From NCBI GenBank assembly GCA_965242525.1, contig OZ251459.1, positions 2,016,001 through 2,080,000 of the forward strand: 64,000 nt of DNA, in the 5' to 3' direction. A model generated the notes under the pieces. The model saw nothing but the letters and a program-made list of their open reading frames with translations. It made no database searches and was not told the DNA's origin. Origin of the DNA: an uncultured Candidatus Binatia bacterium. GTDB lineage: Bacteria > Desulfobacterota > Binatia > UBA9968 > JAJDTQ01. Both the position numbers and the translations under genes were made by a program. Below, in pieces: positions 10,919-19,156 of this stretch; positions within the stretch are counted from its first letter, which is position 1, and every line of letters begins with the position of its first letter.

Positions 10919-12211
10919 ATGCCGTCGGCCGACAACCTGCTGGACACCCTGCACGAAGTGCGGTCCCGAACCCTCGCCCTGGTGGAGGACCTCACGGACG
11001 AACAACTGATCGGCCCCAACCTCCCCATCGTCAACCCTCCGCTCTGGGAGATCGGCCACGTGGCCTGGTTCCACGAACGCTGGGCGCTCCGGCGCCTGCG
11101 CGGCCGCGACGCCATCCTCCCGCAAGGCGACGCCCTCTACAATTCTGCAACCGTCCCCCACGATTCCCGCTGGGACCTGGCGCTGCCGTCGCGGGAAGCG
11201 ACCCTCGACTACATGGCGCGCGTTCTCGATCGCATCTCGGAAGCACTGCCCGGCCGCGCGCCCGGACCGGAGGAAACCTACTTCCACCGACTGGGCGTCC
11301 TGCACGAAGACATGCACGCGGAGGCGCTGACCTACACGCGCCAGACCCTGGCCTACCCCGGGCCCTCGTTCCTCCCCCGCGGGCCGGCCTCGGCCGGCGG
11401 CCCCCACCCGGGCGACGCGGAGGTCCCCGGCGGCGAGTTCCTGCTCGGGGCAAGCCCGGACTCCCCCTTCGTCTTCGACAACGAGAAGTGGGGGCACCCG
11501 ATGACCGTGGCGCCCTACTGCATGGCCAAGGCGCCGGTGACCAACGCCGAGTTCGCCGCGTTCGTGGACGACCGGGGCTACGAGGATCCGCGCTGGTGGA
11601 GCGCCGCGGGCTGGGAGTGGCGCCGGACCGGAGGCGGACCCCATCCCGTGTACTGGCGTCGGGAGTCCCCCGGACGCTGGCTGGAGCGGACCTTCGACCG
11701 ATGGCTGCCGCTTGAGGGCCACCTCCCGGTGATCCACGTCAACTGGTACGAGGCCGAGGCATACTGCAACTGGGCCGGACGCCGGTTGCCCACCGAGGCC
11801 GAGTGGGAGATGGCCGCGGCGGTGGACCCCGCGGACCGAGCGGACCCGGAAGCGGCCAAGCGCCGTTTCCCGTGGGGCGGCGCGCCCCCCGACCCGGACC
11901 GCGGCAACCTCGACTGGGCCGGGGGCGGCCGGACGCCGGTGGACGCGCTTCCGGCCGGCGACAGCCCGGTGGGCTGCCGGCAGATGATCGGCAACGTGTG
12001 GGAGTGGACGGCCGACGTCTTCCACCCCTACCCCGGTTTCGTCCGGGACCCCTACGAGGAGTACTCCGAGCCCTGGTTCGGAGACCACCGGGTGCTGCGC
12101 GGCGGCTGCTGGACCACCCGCTCGCACCTCATCCGCAACACGTGGCGCAACTTCTACAAACCGGACCGCCGGGACGTCCTCGCCGGCTTCCGCACCTGCG
12201 CACGGCGATGA
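10919..12211 (+). CDS. senA: Selenoneine synthase SenA (EgtB-like DinB + FGE-sulfatase non-heme iron enzyme)
   Basis: NPPLWEIGHVAWF, iron motif HEDMHAE, RLPTEAEWE, GNVWEW, RNFY; adjacent to senB. An alternative in-frame GTG at 10763 overlaps the GH84 stop. Confidence 0.75.
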   Translation: MPSADNLLDTLHEVRSRTLALVEDLTDEQLIGPNLPIVNPPLWEIGHVAWFHERWALRRLRGRDAILPQGDALYNSATVPHDSRWDLALPSREATLDYMARVLDRISEALPGRAPGPEETYFHRLGVLHEDMHAEALTYTRQTLAYPGPSFLPRGPASAGGPHPGDAEVPGGEFLLGASPDSPFVFDNEKWGHPMTVAPYCMAKAPVTNAEFAAFVDDRGYEDPRWWSAAGWEWRRTGGGPHPVYWRRESPGRWLERTFDRWLPLEGHLPVIHVNWYEAEAYCNWAGRRLPTEAEWEMAAAVDPADRADPEAAKRRFPWGGAPPDPDRGNLDWAGGGRTPVDALPAGDSPVGCRQMIGNVWEWTADVFHPYPGFVRDPYEEYSEPWFGDHRVLRGGCWTTRSHLIRNTWRNFYKPDRRDVLAGFRTCARR

Positions 12212-12216
12212 CCGGA

Positions 12217-12445
12217 GGAACCCCTGAACAATCGAGGCATGGAAAGCGCGTCCTTCGACTTCGCTTCGCTACGCTCAGGACGAACGGGGGTAATCGTTCA
12301 GGGTTTCATGAAGGGAGAGTCTGGACAATTGGGCAGAGGGCATGAGTGCGCCCTTCGACTCCGCTTCGCTACGCTCAGGGCGAACGGGGGTGGAGGGTCA
12401 GGGCAAGGGAATCCACTCTCCATGTCTCGATTGTCCAGCGGTTCC
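12217..12445 (+). mobile_element. Two tandem MITE-A copies (12217-12308, ~12314-12445)
   Basis: Each has the core and degenerate GGAACC(C/T)CTGAACAAT / ATTGT(C/T)CAG(A/C)GGTTCC ends. TGAA lies at 12309-12312 and again after 12445. Confidence 0.8.
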
Positions 12446-12875
12446 TGAAGGTCTTGGAGTAGGCGCCATTCGACAAGATGGAAACCAAGACGAAGCGACT
12501 GTAAACAAGGAGGCTCTTCCGGCTTTCGTGTGGGTAAGGCAGGAAGGAAAGGGAAGCGACATCACCGCGGAGGCTCACCCCGTCATTCCCGCGAAAGCAT
12601 GTCCTCGCGGAAGCGGGGGCGGGAATCCATCCGCTTTCCTCGCTCTCGTTGTACAAACCTCTCATACAGGGCGCCATGGGGTTTGCTCGCAAGGTCTGGA
12701 TTCCCGCTTTCGCGGGAATGACAAGACGGGGCTTTCGCGGGTATGACGGGATGAAGCTTTCGCGGGTATGACGGGATGGGGAGTGTCGCAATCCACACGA
12801 ATTCCTGAAGCGCCAACAAGGATGGCTCCCGCGCTATCATACGTCCTTATGGTGGCAGCCACTCCAAGATCTTCA
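12446..12875. mobile_element. Putative third small element (TG...CA ends) interrupted by MITE-B
   Basis: Inverted repeats TGAAGGTCTTGGAGT / ACTCCAAGATCTTCA (14/15); 119 bp once MITE-B and one target copy are removed. Confidence 0.5.
12512..12814. mobile_element. MITE family B (ISL3-type ends, palindrome pair, GIY-YIG remnant)
   Basis: Imperfect 24-bp TIRs GGCTCTTCCGGCTTTCGTGTGGGT / ATCCACACGAATTCCTGAAGCGCC; perfect 8-bp target duplication AACAAGGA. Confidence 0.9.
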
Positions 12876-12879
12876 ATTT

Positions 12880-12957
12880 CCCCGTTCATCCTGAGCGTAA
12901 CGTAGCGAAATCCTCCGTTCGTCCTGAGCGTAGCGAAGCGAAGTCGAAGGACGCGCT
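12880..12957 (-). repeat. MITE-A core (reverse) with partial tandem copy
   Basis: CCGTTCGTCCTGAGCGTAGCGAAGCGAAGTCGAAGGACGCGC preceded by CCCGTTCATCCTGAGCGTAA. Confidence 0.8.
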
Positions 12958-13093
12958 CATGCTCCCTCGATCGTCCAGGGGTTCCCGGGATGCCGCGAGG
13001 GAAACGACAGGGTCACAAATGAAGGAACCGAGGGCCGTCGCCGGCCCTCGCAAGGAAAGGACCGCGGAATTGGCAAACGACTCGCTCGAACGC

Positions 13094-14053
13094 ATGGCCG
13101 CCATCGCCCTGGTGACCCCCGCGGGACCCACCCGGCGCACGGGCAACCGCATCTCGGGGGGCCGGTGGGGGCGGATCCTCAGGGCATCGGGCCATCGGGT
13201 CCGGACCCTGGACCGCTACGACAGTGAACACTGCGACCTGCTCATCGCGCTGCACGCCCGCCGCAGCCACGAGTCCGTCCTGCGGTTCCGCCAACTCCAC
13301 CCCCACAGGCCCGTCATCGTGGTGCTGACCGGGACGGACCTGTACCACGACATCCGCGTCAACGAGGACGCCCAGGAGTCCCTCCGGCTGGCGAGCCGCC
13401 TGGTGGTGCTGCAGCAACAGGGGCTCCGGGAACTCTCCCCTGCACTCCAGCGGAAGACCCGGGTCATCTACCAGTCGGCGTCGCCCTGCACCCCTCGCCC
13501 CGGAGACCGGCGCAGGGCCTTCACCGTATCGGTGGCGGGCCACATGCGGACCGAGAAGGACCCGTTCCGCACGGCCATGGCGGTGCGCGGGTTGCCGTCC
13601 TCGTCCCGGATCCGAGTGCTGCACATGGGCGCCGCCCTGAGCGAGGACATGGAGCGGCGCGCCCGGCGGGAGGAAGAGCGGAACCCGCGGTACCGCTGGC
13701 TGGGGGAATTGGCGCACTGGCAGGCGCGGCAGATGCTCGCCAAGGGCCACCTCCTGTCCATTACCTCGCGCATGGAGGGCAGCTCCAACGTCCTGTGCGA
13801 GGCCCTGGCCTCCGGGGTTCCGGTGGCTGCCTCGAAGATCCCGGGACTGGTGGGGACCCTGGGCGAAGACTACCCGGGGTACTTCGAACTCGGTGACACC
13901 GGAGGGCTGCGGCGGCTGTTGCTCAGGGCCGAAGGCGACCCGGAGTTCTACCGGAGCCTGACGCGGCATTGCGCCAAGGCCGCGCCGCTGGTGCTCCCCG
14001 AGCGCGAAGTCCAAGCCTGGCGGCGCCTGGTGGACGAGGTCGCCGCCGGCTGA
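13094..14053 (+). CDS. senB: Selenosugar synthase SenB (GT-B glycosyltransferase)
   Basis: IALVTPA...GNRISGGRW, LIALHARRS, VVLTGTDLYHD, GHMRTEKDP, SRMEGSSNVLCEA, LGEDYPGYF are characteristic of the SenB family. Confidence 0.85.
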   Translation: MAAIALVTPAGPTRRTGNRISGGRWGRILRASGHRVRTLDRYDSEHCDLLIALHARRSHESVLRFRQLHPHRPVIVVLTGTDLYHDIRVNEDAQESLRLASRLVVLQQQGLRELSPALQRKTRVIYQSASPCTPRPGDRRRAFTVSVAGHMRTEKDPFRTAMAVRGLPSSSRIRVLHMGAALSEDMERRARREEERNPRYRWLGELAHWQARQMLAKGHLLSITSRMEGSSNVLCEALASGVPVAASKIPGLVGTLGEDYPGYFELGDTGGLRRLLLRAEGDPEFYRSLTRHCAKAAPLVLPEREVQAWRRLVDEVAAG

Positions 14054-14102
14054 CTCCACGAGGGGCCGCGCCTGCATGGCGCCGGTGCCGTCGTTCCCGA
14101 GA

Positions 14103-14131
14103 TGGATTCCCGCTTTCGCGGGAATGACGGG
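14103..14131. repeat. Isolated REP/dRS3-like palindrome between convergent genes (possible terminator role)
   Basis: TGGATTCCCGCTTTCGCGGGAATGACGGG, same motif as inside MITE-B. Confidence 0.75.
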
Positions 14132-14168
14132 GAGTCGGCGTCCGGTTGCCGGCTTGCTGCTTTCCGGC

Positions 14169-15332
14169 TCACTCCGCGCCGGAGAGGACCTCCGTCAGCG
14201 CCTCGGCTACGGTGTCCAGCTCGGCGTGGGTGATGGTGAGGGGGGGCAGCAGCCGCACCACGGTGGCGCCCGCGGGCAAGGCGAGCACGCCTCGCTCCAT
14301 GAGCCGGACCAGGTACGGCTGGGACTTCTCCTTGAGCTCGATGCCGATCATCAGGCCCAGTTGCCGCAGTTCCCTGACCTTGGGCAAATCCCTCGCCTCC
14401 AGGCGCTCCCGCAGGTAGGCGCCCTTTTCCGCGGCTGCCTGGTCGAGCCGTTCCTCGACCATGGCGTCGATGGCCGCAAGGGACGCGGCGCAGGCCAGGG
14501 GGTTGCCGCCGAAGGTGCTGCCGTGCCTGCCCACCGGGGGCGTCACCTTGTCGGAACAGAGCACCGCGCCCATGGGGATGCCCCCGGCCATGGCCTTGGC
14601 CAGGCACAGGATGTCGGGCTCCAGGCCGAAGTGCTCGCAGGCGAACATCTTTCCGGTGCGGCAGAAACCGGTCTGGACCTCGTCGATGACCAGCAGGACG
14701 CCCCGGTCCCGGCACAGCTCGCCCACTTGTGAGAAGAACTCCGCCTTGCCGAGGTTCACCCCCCCTTCCCCCTGGACCACCTCCAGCAGCACGGCCGCGG
14801 TGTCGTCGCCCACCTGCGCTTCCAGCTTGGCGAAGTTGTTGAAGGGCGCGAACCGGAAACCTTCCACCACCGGCACGAAGGGCTCCCGGTACTCGCGCGT
14901 GAAGGTGGCGCTCAGGGCGCCCATGGTGCGGCCGTGGAACCCGCGCATGGCGCACACGAGCTCGTGCTTGCCGGTGGTGAAGCGGGCGAACTTGATGGCC
15001 GCTTCGATGGTCTCGGCGCCCGAGTTGCACAGGTAGGCGCGGGTGAGGCCGCCCGGGGCGATGCCCACCAGCCGCTCCAGCAGCCGCGCCTTGACGTCGT
15101 TGTAGAAGATCCCCGGGCAGGTCAGCAGCCGCCGGGCCTGCTCGGCCACCGCCTCCGCCACCTTCGGGTGGCAGTGGCCCAAGCTGGCCACGCCGTGGCC
15201 GGCCGCGCAGTCGATGTACTCCCGGCCGGCGTCGTCCCACACCCGGGCGCCCTGGCCGCGCACCAGCACCACGTCGCGCTTGGGATAGACGTCGAACTCG
15301 TACCGCCGCTGCAACTCCATCCAGTCGCTCAC
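14169..15332 (-). CDS. lysJ: [LysW]-aminoadipate/glutamate semialdehyde aminotransferase (LysJ/ArgD)
   Basis: Class III PLP motifs NSGAE, FHGRT, DEVQTG, LAKAMAGG, HGSTFGGNP; located in the lysW operon. Confidence 0.85.
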   Translation of the reverse strand: MSDWMELQRRYEFDVYPKRDVVLVRGQGARVWDDAGREYIDCAAGHGVASLGHCHPKVAEAVAEQARRLLTCPGIFYNDVKARLLERLVGIAPGGLTRAYLCNSGAETIEAAIKFARFTTGKHELVCAMRGFHGRTMGALSATFTREYREPFVPVVEGFRFAPFNNFAKLEAQVGDDTAAVLLEVVQGEGGVNLGKAEFFSQVGELCRDRGVLLVIDEVQTGFCRTGKMFACEHFGLEPDILCLAKAMAGGIPMGAVLCSDKVTPPVGRHGSTFGGNPLACAASLAAIDAMVEERLDQAAAEKGAYLRERLEARDLPKVRELRQLGLMIGIELKEKSQPYLVRLMERGVLALPAGATVVRLLPPLTITHAELDTVAEALTEVLSGAE

Positions 15333-16120
15333 CGGATCACCGTTCCCTTCCCCGCCAGGGCGTCGCGCACCGGGTGCTCCACCCTGCCGTCGCTCATGAC
15401 GACTCTCTCCGCCCCTTCCTCGAACAGCCGCCGCAACGCCAGCATCTTGCGCTTCATGCGCCCGGCCACCTGGGCCTCCCGCTGCTCCAGCTCGGCCGCG
15501 CGGATGTGCGGGACCACCGTGCCCTCGTCGTCCTTGTCCTCCAGGAACCCGGGGGCTTCGATGAGCTGCAACACCACCTCGGCGTGGAAGGCGGCCTGGA
15601 GCGCGTTCACGATGTCGTCGTTCTCGGAGTTGATGGCGGTTCGGCTCTCGTCGATGATGGGGATGGAGAGCACGGGCCGGTAGCCGTGGTCCAGCAGCAG
15701 CCGCAGCAACTCCTCGTTGACGCTCCGGGGCTTCCCCGAGAAGTCCCGGACGATCAGCGTCTTGCCGTCCTTCCGCACCCGGATGCCCTTGTTGCGCCGG
15801 CCCTGGACGGCCCTGCCATCGATGCCGGAAAGGCCCACGGCGTTGACCCCGTTCCGTTGCAGCAACTCCACGATGCGCTTGTTCTGGAGGCCCGCATACG
15901 CCATCAGGATGGCGTCCATGGCCGCCTCGTCCGAGCGCACGCTGGTGTAGCCCGACACCGACGTCAGCACCTGGGTGGGAGCGCCGAGCTTGGCCGCAAG
16001 CGCGTCGCGCACCGCGTTGGCCCCGTGCACCAACACGAAGGGGTCGGACACCTCGGCTAGGTCCCGGGCGACGCCCGGCAGGTTGATGGCGCTGCCGCCG
16101 CCCACCTTCACCAGGATCAT
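15329..16120 (-). CDS. lysZ: [LysW]-aminoadipate/glutamate kinase (LysZ/ArgB)
   Basis: MILVKVGGG, VLVHGAN, SVSGYTSVRSD, GRMKRK; GTGA overlap with lysJ. Confidence 0.9.
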   Translation of the reverse strand: MILVKVGGGSAINLPGVARDLAEVSDPFVLVHGANAVRDALAAKLGAPTQVLTSVSGYTSVRSDEAAMDAILMAYAGLQNKRIVELLQRNGVNAVGLSGIDGRAVQGRRNKGIRVRKDGKTLIVRDFSGKPRSVNEELLRLLLDHGYRPVLSIPIIDESRTAINSENDDIVNALQAAFHAEVVLQLIEAPGFLEDKDDEGTVVPHIRAAELEQREAQVAGRMKRKMLALRRLFEEGAERVVMSDGRVEHPVRDALAGKGTVIR

Positions 16121-16755
16121 CGGCGCCGCTCCACCGTGCGGTTGGGGATGGCGCTCCAGCCCCGCGGGTCCGGCACGGTCTCGGAGCTCACCGTGAAGCC
16201 CCGGTCGCTCCGGCGGGCGCGCAGCCGGAAGTATTCCGGGTCCTCGTTGAACAAGGACCCCACATAGACGTTCTCCCGGTCGGCGATGACCATGTTCATG
16301 GCCCTGACGTACCGGGTCCTGCGGACGATTACGTCCATGCCCTTCCTCATGGCCGCGGCCATGTCGCCCTTGTCGAAGCGCTTGACGTAGTTGAACACCT
16401 TCTCCGCGCCGATGCGGCCGGCCTCGGATATGCGCACGCCCCGGAGCTCGCCGTTGAACGCGAACGCGTATTTGCCGTCGCAGAACGGCATGTTGTTCTC
16501 CACCGCGATGCCCTCGTCCCGGAAAGCGCTGCGCGCGTGGCCCAACAGCAGGGTGGAAGCGCCGAACTGCCCCAGGTCGTCCTCCCAGATGGGCCGGACG
16601 TTGCGATAGACCTTCCACTCGCCGTCCGCCAGGTAGGCGCAACCCCAGCCGTGGCCCTGGTATTCCGGGCTGTTCCGGGCGACCTGGGCGAGGTGCGACA
16701 GACGCTCGCCGATGTCGAACGGTTCCGACTCCTTGACGCAAAGCAGGCGGCACAT
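16117..16755 (-). CDS. Class II glutamine amidotransferase-like Ntn hydrolase (EgtC/YafJ/Dug3-like)
   Basis: N-terminal nucleophile MCRLL, HGWG, LGHARSA, NNMPF, FAFNGEL; ATGA overlap with lysZ. Confidence 0.85.
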   Translation of the reverse strand: MCRLLCVKESEPFDIGERLSHLAQVARNSPEYQGHGWGCAYLADGEWKVYRNVRPIWEDDLGQFGASTLLLGHARSAFRDEGIAVENNMPFCDGKYAFAFNGELRGVRISEAGRIGAEKVFNYVKRFDKGDMAAAMRKGMDVIVRRTRYVRAMNMVIADRENVYVGSLFNEDPEYFRLRARRSDRGFTVSSETVPDPRGWSAIPNRTVERRR

Positions 16756-16785
16756 GGACGAAGGACCCCCGATGACCCCCGGTTC

Positions 16786-17838
16786 CTACCCTCCGGGATG
16801 CAGCCCGGGAAACTCCAGACCCAAGGTCTCGTCGAAGCCGTTCATTAGGTTGAAGGCCTGGACCGCCTGTCCCGCGGCCCCCTTCATGAGGTTGTCCAAG
16901 GCGCTGAGCACCACCAGCCGATCCGACCCTTTCTCCTTCTGGAAGCCGATGTCGCAGTAGTTGGCGCCGCTCAGCAGCTTGGGCTCCGGGTAGCGGTAGA
17001 TGCCGTCGGCCTCCTTGACCATGCGGATGAAGGGTTCGCCGCGGTACGCCTCCCGGTAGATCTTCCACACGTCCTTCTCTTCCAAGGGCTCGCGCAGGAA
17101 CAGGTGCGCGGTGGCCAGCACGCCCCGCACCATCTCGATGGAGGTGGCCGAGAAATAGACGCGGATCCGTTGGCCGAAGCTCAACTCCTGCACGATCTCC
17201 GCGCTGTGGCGGTGCAGCGTGGGCATGAACGAGCGCACCGCGCCGCTTCGCTCCGGGTGGTGGGACGCCTCGCTGGCGGCGTTGCCTCCTTCGCTGGAGC
17301 CCACCTTGACCTCCACCACCGTGCGGTCCGGTTCCACCAGCCCTTTCCTGAACAACGGGTACAGGCCGAGGATCGTAGCGGTGGCGTTGCAGCCCGCGCC
17401 GGTGACCAGGCTCGCCCCCCGGATCTCGTCCCGGTGCAGCTCCGGGACGCCATAGACGAACTCCTTCAGGAGTTCCGGGCGCAGGTGGGGCTTGCCGTAC
17501 CAGCGCCGGTACTCGTCCGGGTCGTCGAGCCGGAAGTCCGCGCTCAGGTCCACGAGCCTGGGGGCCAGCCCCCGGAAATGGTCGATGCGCTCCATGGCTT
17601 GGCCGTGGGGCAGGCAGAGGAACAGCAGGTCGCAAGAGCCGAGTTCGTCCATGCGGCGGAACCGGAGCTGGGTGCGCTTCCGCAGGTTTGGGTGGGCTTT
17701 GGACGCGAACTTCCCCGCGTAGCGCTCCGAGGTGACCTCGCACACCTCCACCCCGGGATGCCACAGGAGCAGCCGCAGGAGCTCGCCGCCCGTGTAACCC
17801 GACGCCCCCGCGATGGAGACCTTCAGCTTCTCGCCCAC
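16786..17838 (-). CDS. lysY: [LysW]-aminoadipyl/glutamyl-phosphate reductase (LysY/ArgC)
   Basis: GASGYTGGELLRLL, DLSADFRL, GAGCNATA, HHPERSG, DNLMKGAAGQAVQ; GTG start after a G-rich RBS. Confidence 0.9.
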   Translation of the reverse strand: MGEKLKVSIAGASGYTGGELLRLLLWHPGVEVCEVTSERYAGKFASKAHPNLRKRTQLRFRRMDELGSCDLLFLCLPHGQAMERIDHFRGLAPRLVDLSADFRLDDPDEYRRWYGKPHLRPELLKEFVYGVPELHRDEIRGASLVTGAGCNATATILGLYPLFRKGLVEPDRTVVEVKVGSSEGGNAASEASHHPERSGAVRSFMPTLHRHSAEIVQELSFGQRIRVYFSATSIEMVRGVLATAHLFLREPLEEKDVWKIYREAYRGEPFIRMVKEADGIYRYPEPKLLSGANYCDIGFQKEKGSDRLVVLSALDNLMKGAAGQAVQAFNLMNGFDETLGLEFPGLHPGG

Positions 17839-17932
17839 GGTCCGAGCCTCCCCCTCCCATGCGACATCGGAGCAACCTTCCCCGTTCGTCCGCGGCGATG
17901 CCGGCGGCCATGGACGCGGATGCAGCCCCCAT

Positions 17933-18030
17933 GCGAGACCGGAACGACCTTCCCCGTTCGTCCTGAGCGTAGCGAAGCGAAGTCGAAGGACGCGCTTTCC
18001 CAAGGGAGAACCGCATCGTTCCGACGTTCC
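17933..18030 (-). mobile_element. Degenerate MITE-A copy between lysX and lysY
   Basis: Core at 17951-18000, right end ATCGTTCCGACGTTCC, CCAT on both sides; a partial duplicate lies at 17856-17891. Confidence 0.7.
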
Positions 18031-18052
18031 CCATGCGTCTTTGCGGCCCGGG

Positions 18053-18949
18053 TCACGACGCCCCCGGCCCCGGCCGGTCCGCGCCGTCCTTCCGGTCCCG
18101 TTCCTCCCGGGCCGCGGCGAGCACGTGCTCGACGATGAGCCCGGGGATGTTCACCCCGGTGGTGTCGATGCTGTTGCGGAACTCCATGGTGTAGTTGACC
18201 TCGTTGACCAGCAGCCCCTCCGGGGTCTCGAACAGGTCCGCGGCCACGATGCCGCCCCCCACCGCCCTGGCCGCGCGGACCGAGAGGTCCCGCAATTCGT
18301 CCGTCACCGGACAGTTCTCGGCGCGTCCGCCCCGGGCCGTGTTGGTGATCCAGTGGCCGCTGTAGCGGTAGATGGCGGCAACGCATTCGTCCCCGATGAC
18401 GAAACTGCGGATGTCCCGCCCGGACTTCTCCACGTACTGCTGGATGTAGAATATGGAGTGGTGGTAGGTGCCCAGAGTCGCCTTGTGCTCCAGGATCGAC
18501 TCCGCGGCGTCCCGGTCGTTGACCTTTGCCAGGAGCCTGCCCCAGGAACCCACCGCGGGCTTGAGCACCACCGGATAGCCCATCTCCTCGATGGCCTCCA
18601 GGGTGGACTGCTCGGTGAACGCGATGCGCACTTCGGGCTGGGGCACCCCGTGCTCCCGGAGATGCACCGACGTGAGGATCTTGTCGCCGCACACCCCGGC
18701 CACCAGCGACGAGTTGACGCAGCGCACGCCCGCGCTCTCGAACAGGCGCAGGCCATGCAGGGCCCGGGAATGGTTGATGCACCGCTCCAGCAGCACGTGG
18801 AGGTCGAAGCGGTCCCGGCCCAGGTTGAAGGAGAGCTTGCGGTCGTCGATCATCCTGAGATCGACCCCGGCCCGCTGGCGAAACTCCCGGATCAGGAGTT
18901 TCTCCTCGGGCCGCACCAGCGAATGCAGCAAACCGACCTTGAGGCTCAT
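18053..18949 (-). CDS. lysX: ATP-grasp LysW ligase LysX
   Basis: [33 protein letters not shown] (LysX-like rather than ArgX-like GF signature); ATGA overlap with lysW. Confidence 0.9.
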   Translation of the reverse strand: MSLKVGLLHSLVRPEEKLLIREFRQRAGVDLRMIDDRKLSFNLGRDRFDLHVLLERCINHSRALHGLRLFESAGVRCVNSSLVAGVCGDKILTSVHLREHGVPQPEVRIAFTEQSTLEAIEEMGYPVVLKPAVGSWGRLLAKVNDRDAAESILEHKATLGTYHHSIFYIQQYVEKSGRDIRSFVIGDECVAAIYRYSGHWITNTARGGRAENCPVTDELRDLSVRAARAVGGGIVAADLFETPEGLLVNEVNYTMEFRNSIDTTGVNIPGLIVEHVLAAAREERDRKDGADRPGPGAS

Positions 18950-19110
18950 TCTCCCCAGTCTTCCTCTTCCTGAGGCGCCTCGGTGACCTCCGGCGGGTCG
19001 AGGCTCGTGACCTCCAACTCCGTGCCGCAGTCGGCGCAGGCGATCAACTCGCCCTCCACTGCGTCGTCCTCCAGTTCCCACTCGGCTCCGCACACCGGAC
19101 ATTCGACCAT
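18946..19110 (-). CDS. lysW: Amino-group carrier protein LysW (54 aa; not in the ORF track)
   Basis: Manual translation [54 protein letters not shown]: two CxxC motifs and C-terminal EDWGE; RBS GGAGG. Confidence 0.97.
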   Translation of the reverse strand: MVECPVCGAEWELEDDAVEGELIACADCGTELEVTSLDPPEVTEAPQEEEDWGE

Positions 19111-19156
19111 GGACGGTCACCTCCTCGTGCAGCTTTCCCTTTCCGGCTCTTGCGGT

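Noticed and set aside
10919-12211. Canonical ergothioneine EgtB
   Set aside because: The NPPLWEIGH motif and adjacency to senB favour SenA, and no egtD/egtA is nearby. Not fully excluded.
15329-18034. 901-aa ORF
   Set aside because: Only 15329-16120 (lysZ) is real; the rest overlaps lysY and the Ntn hydrolase in other frames.
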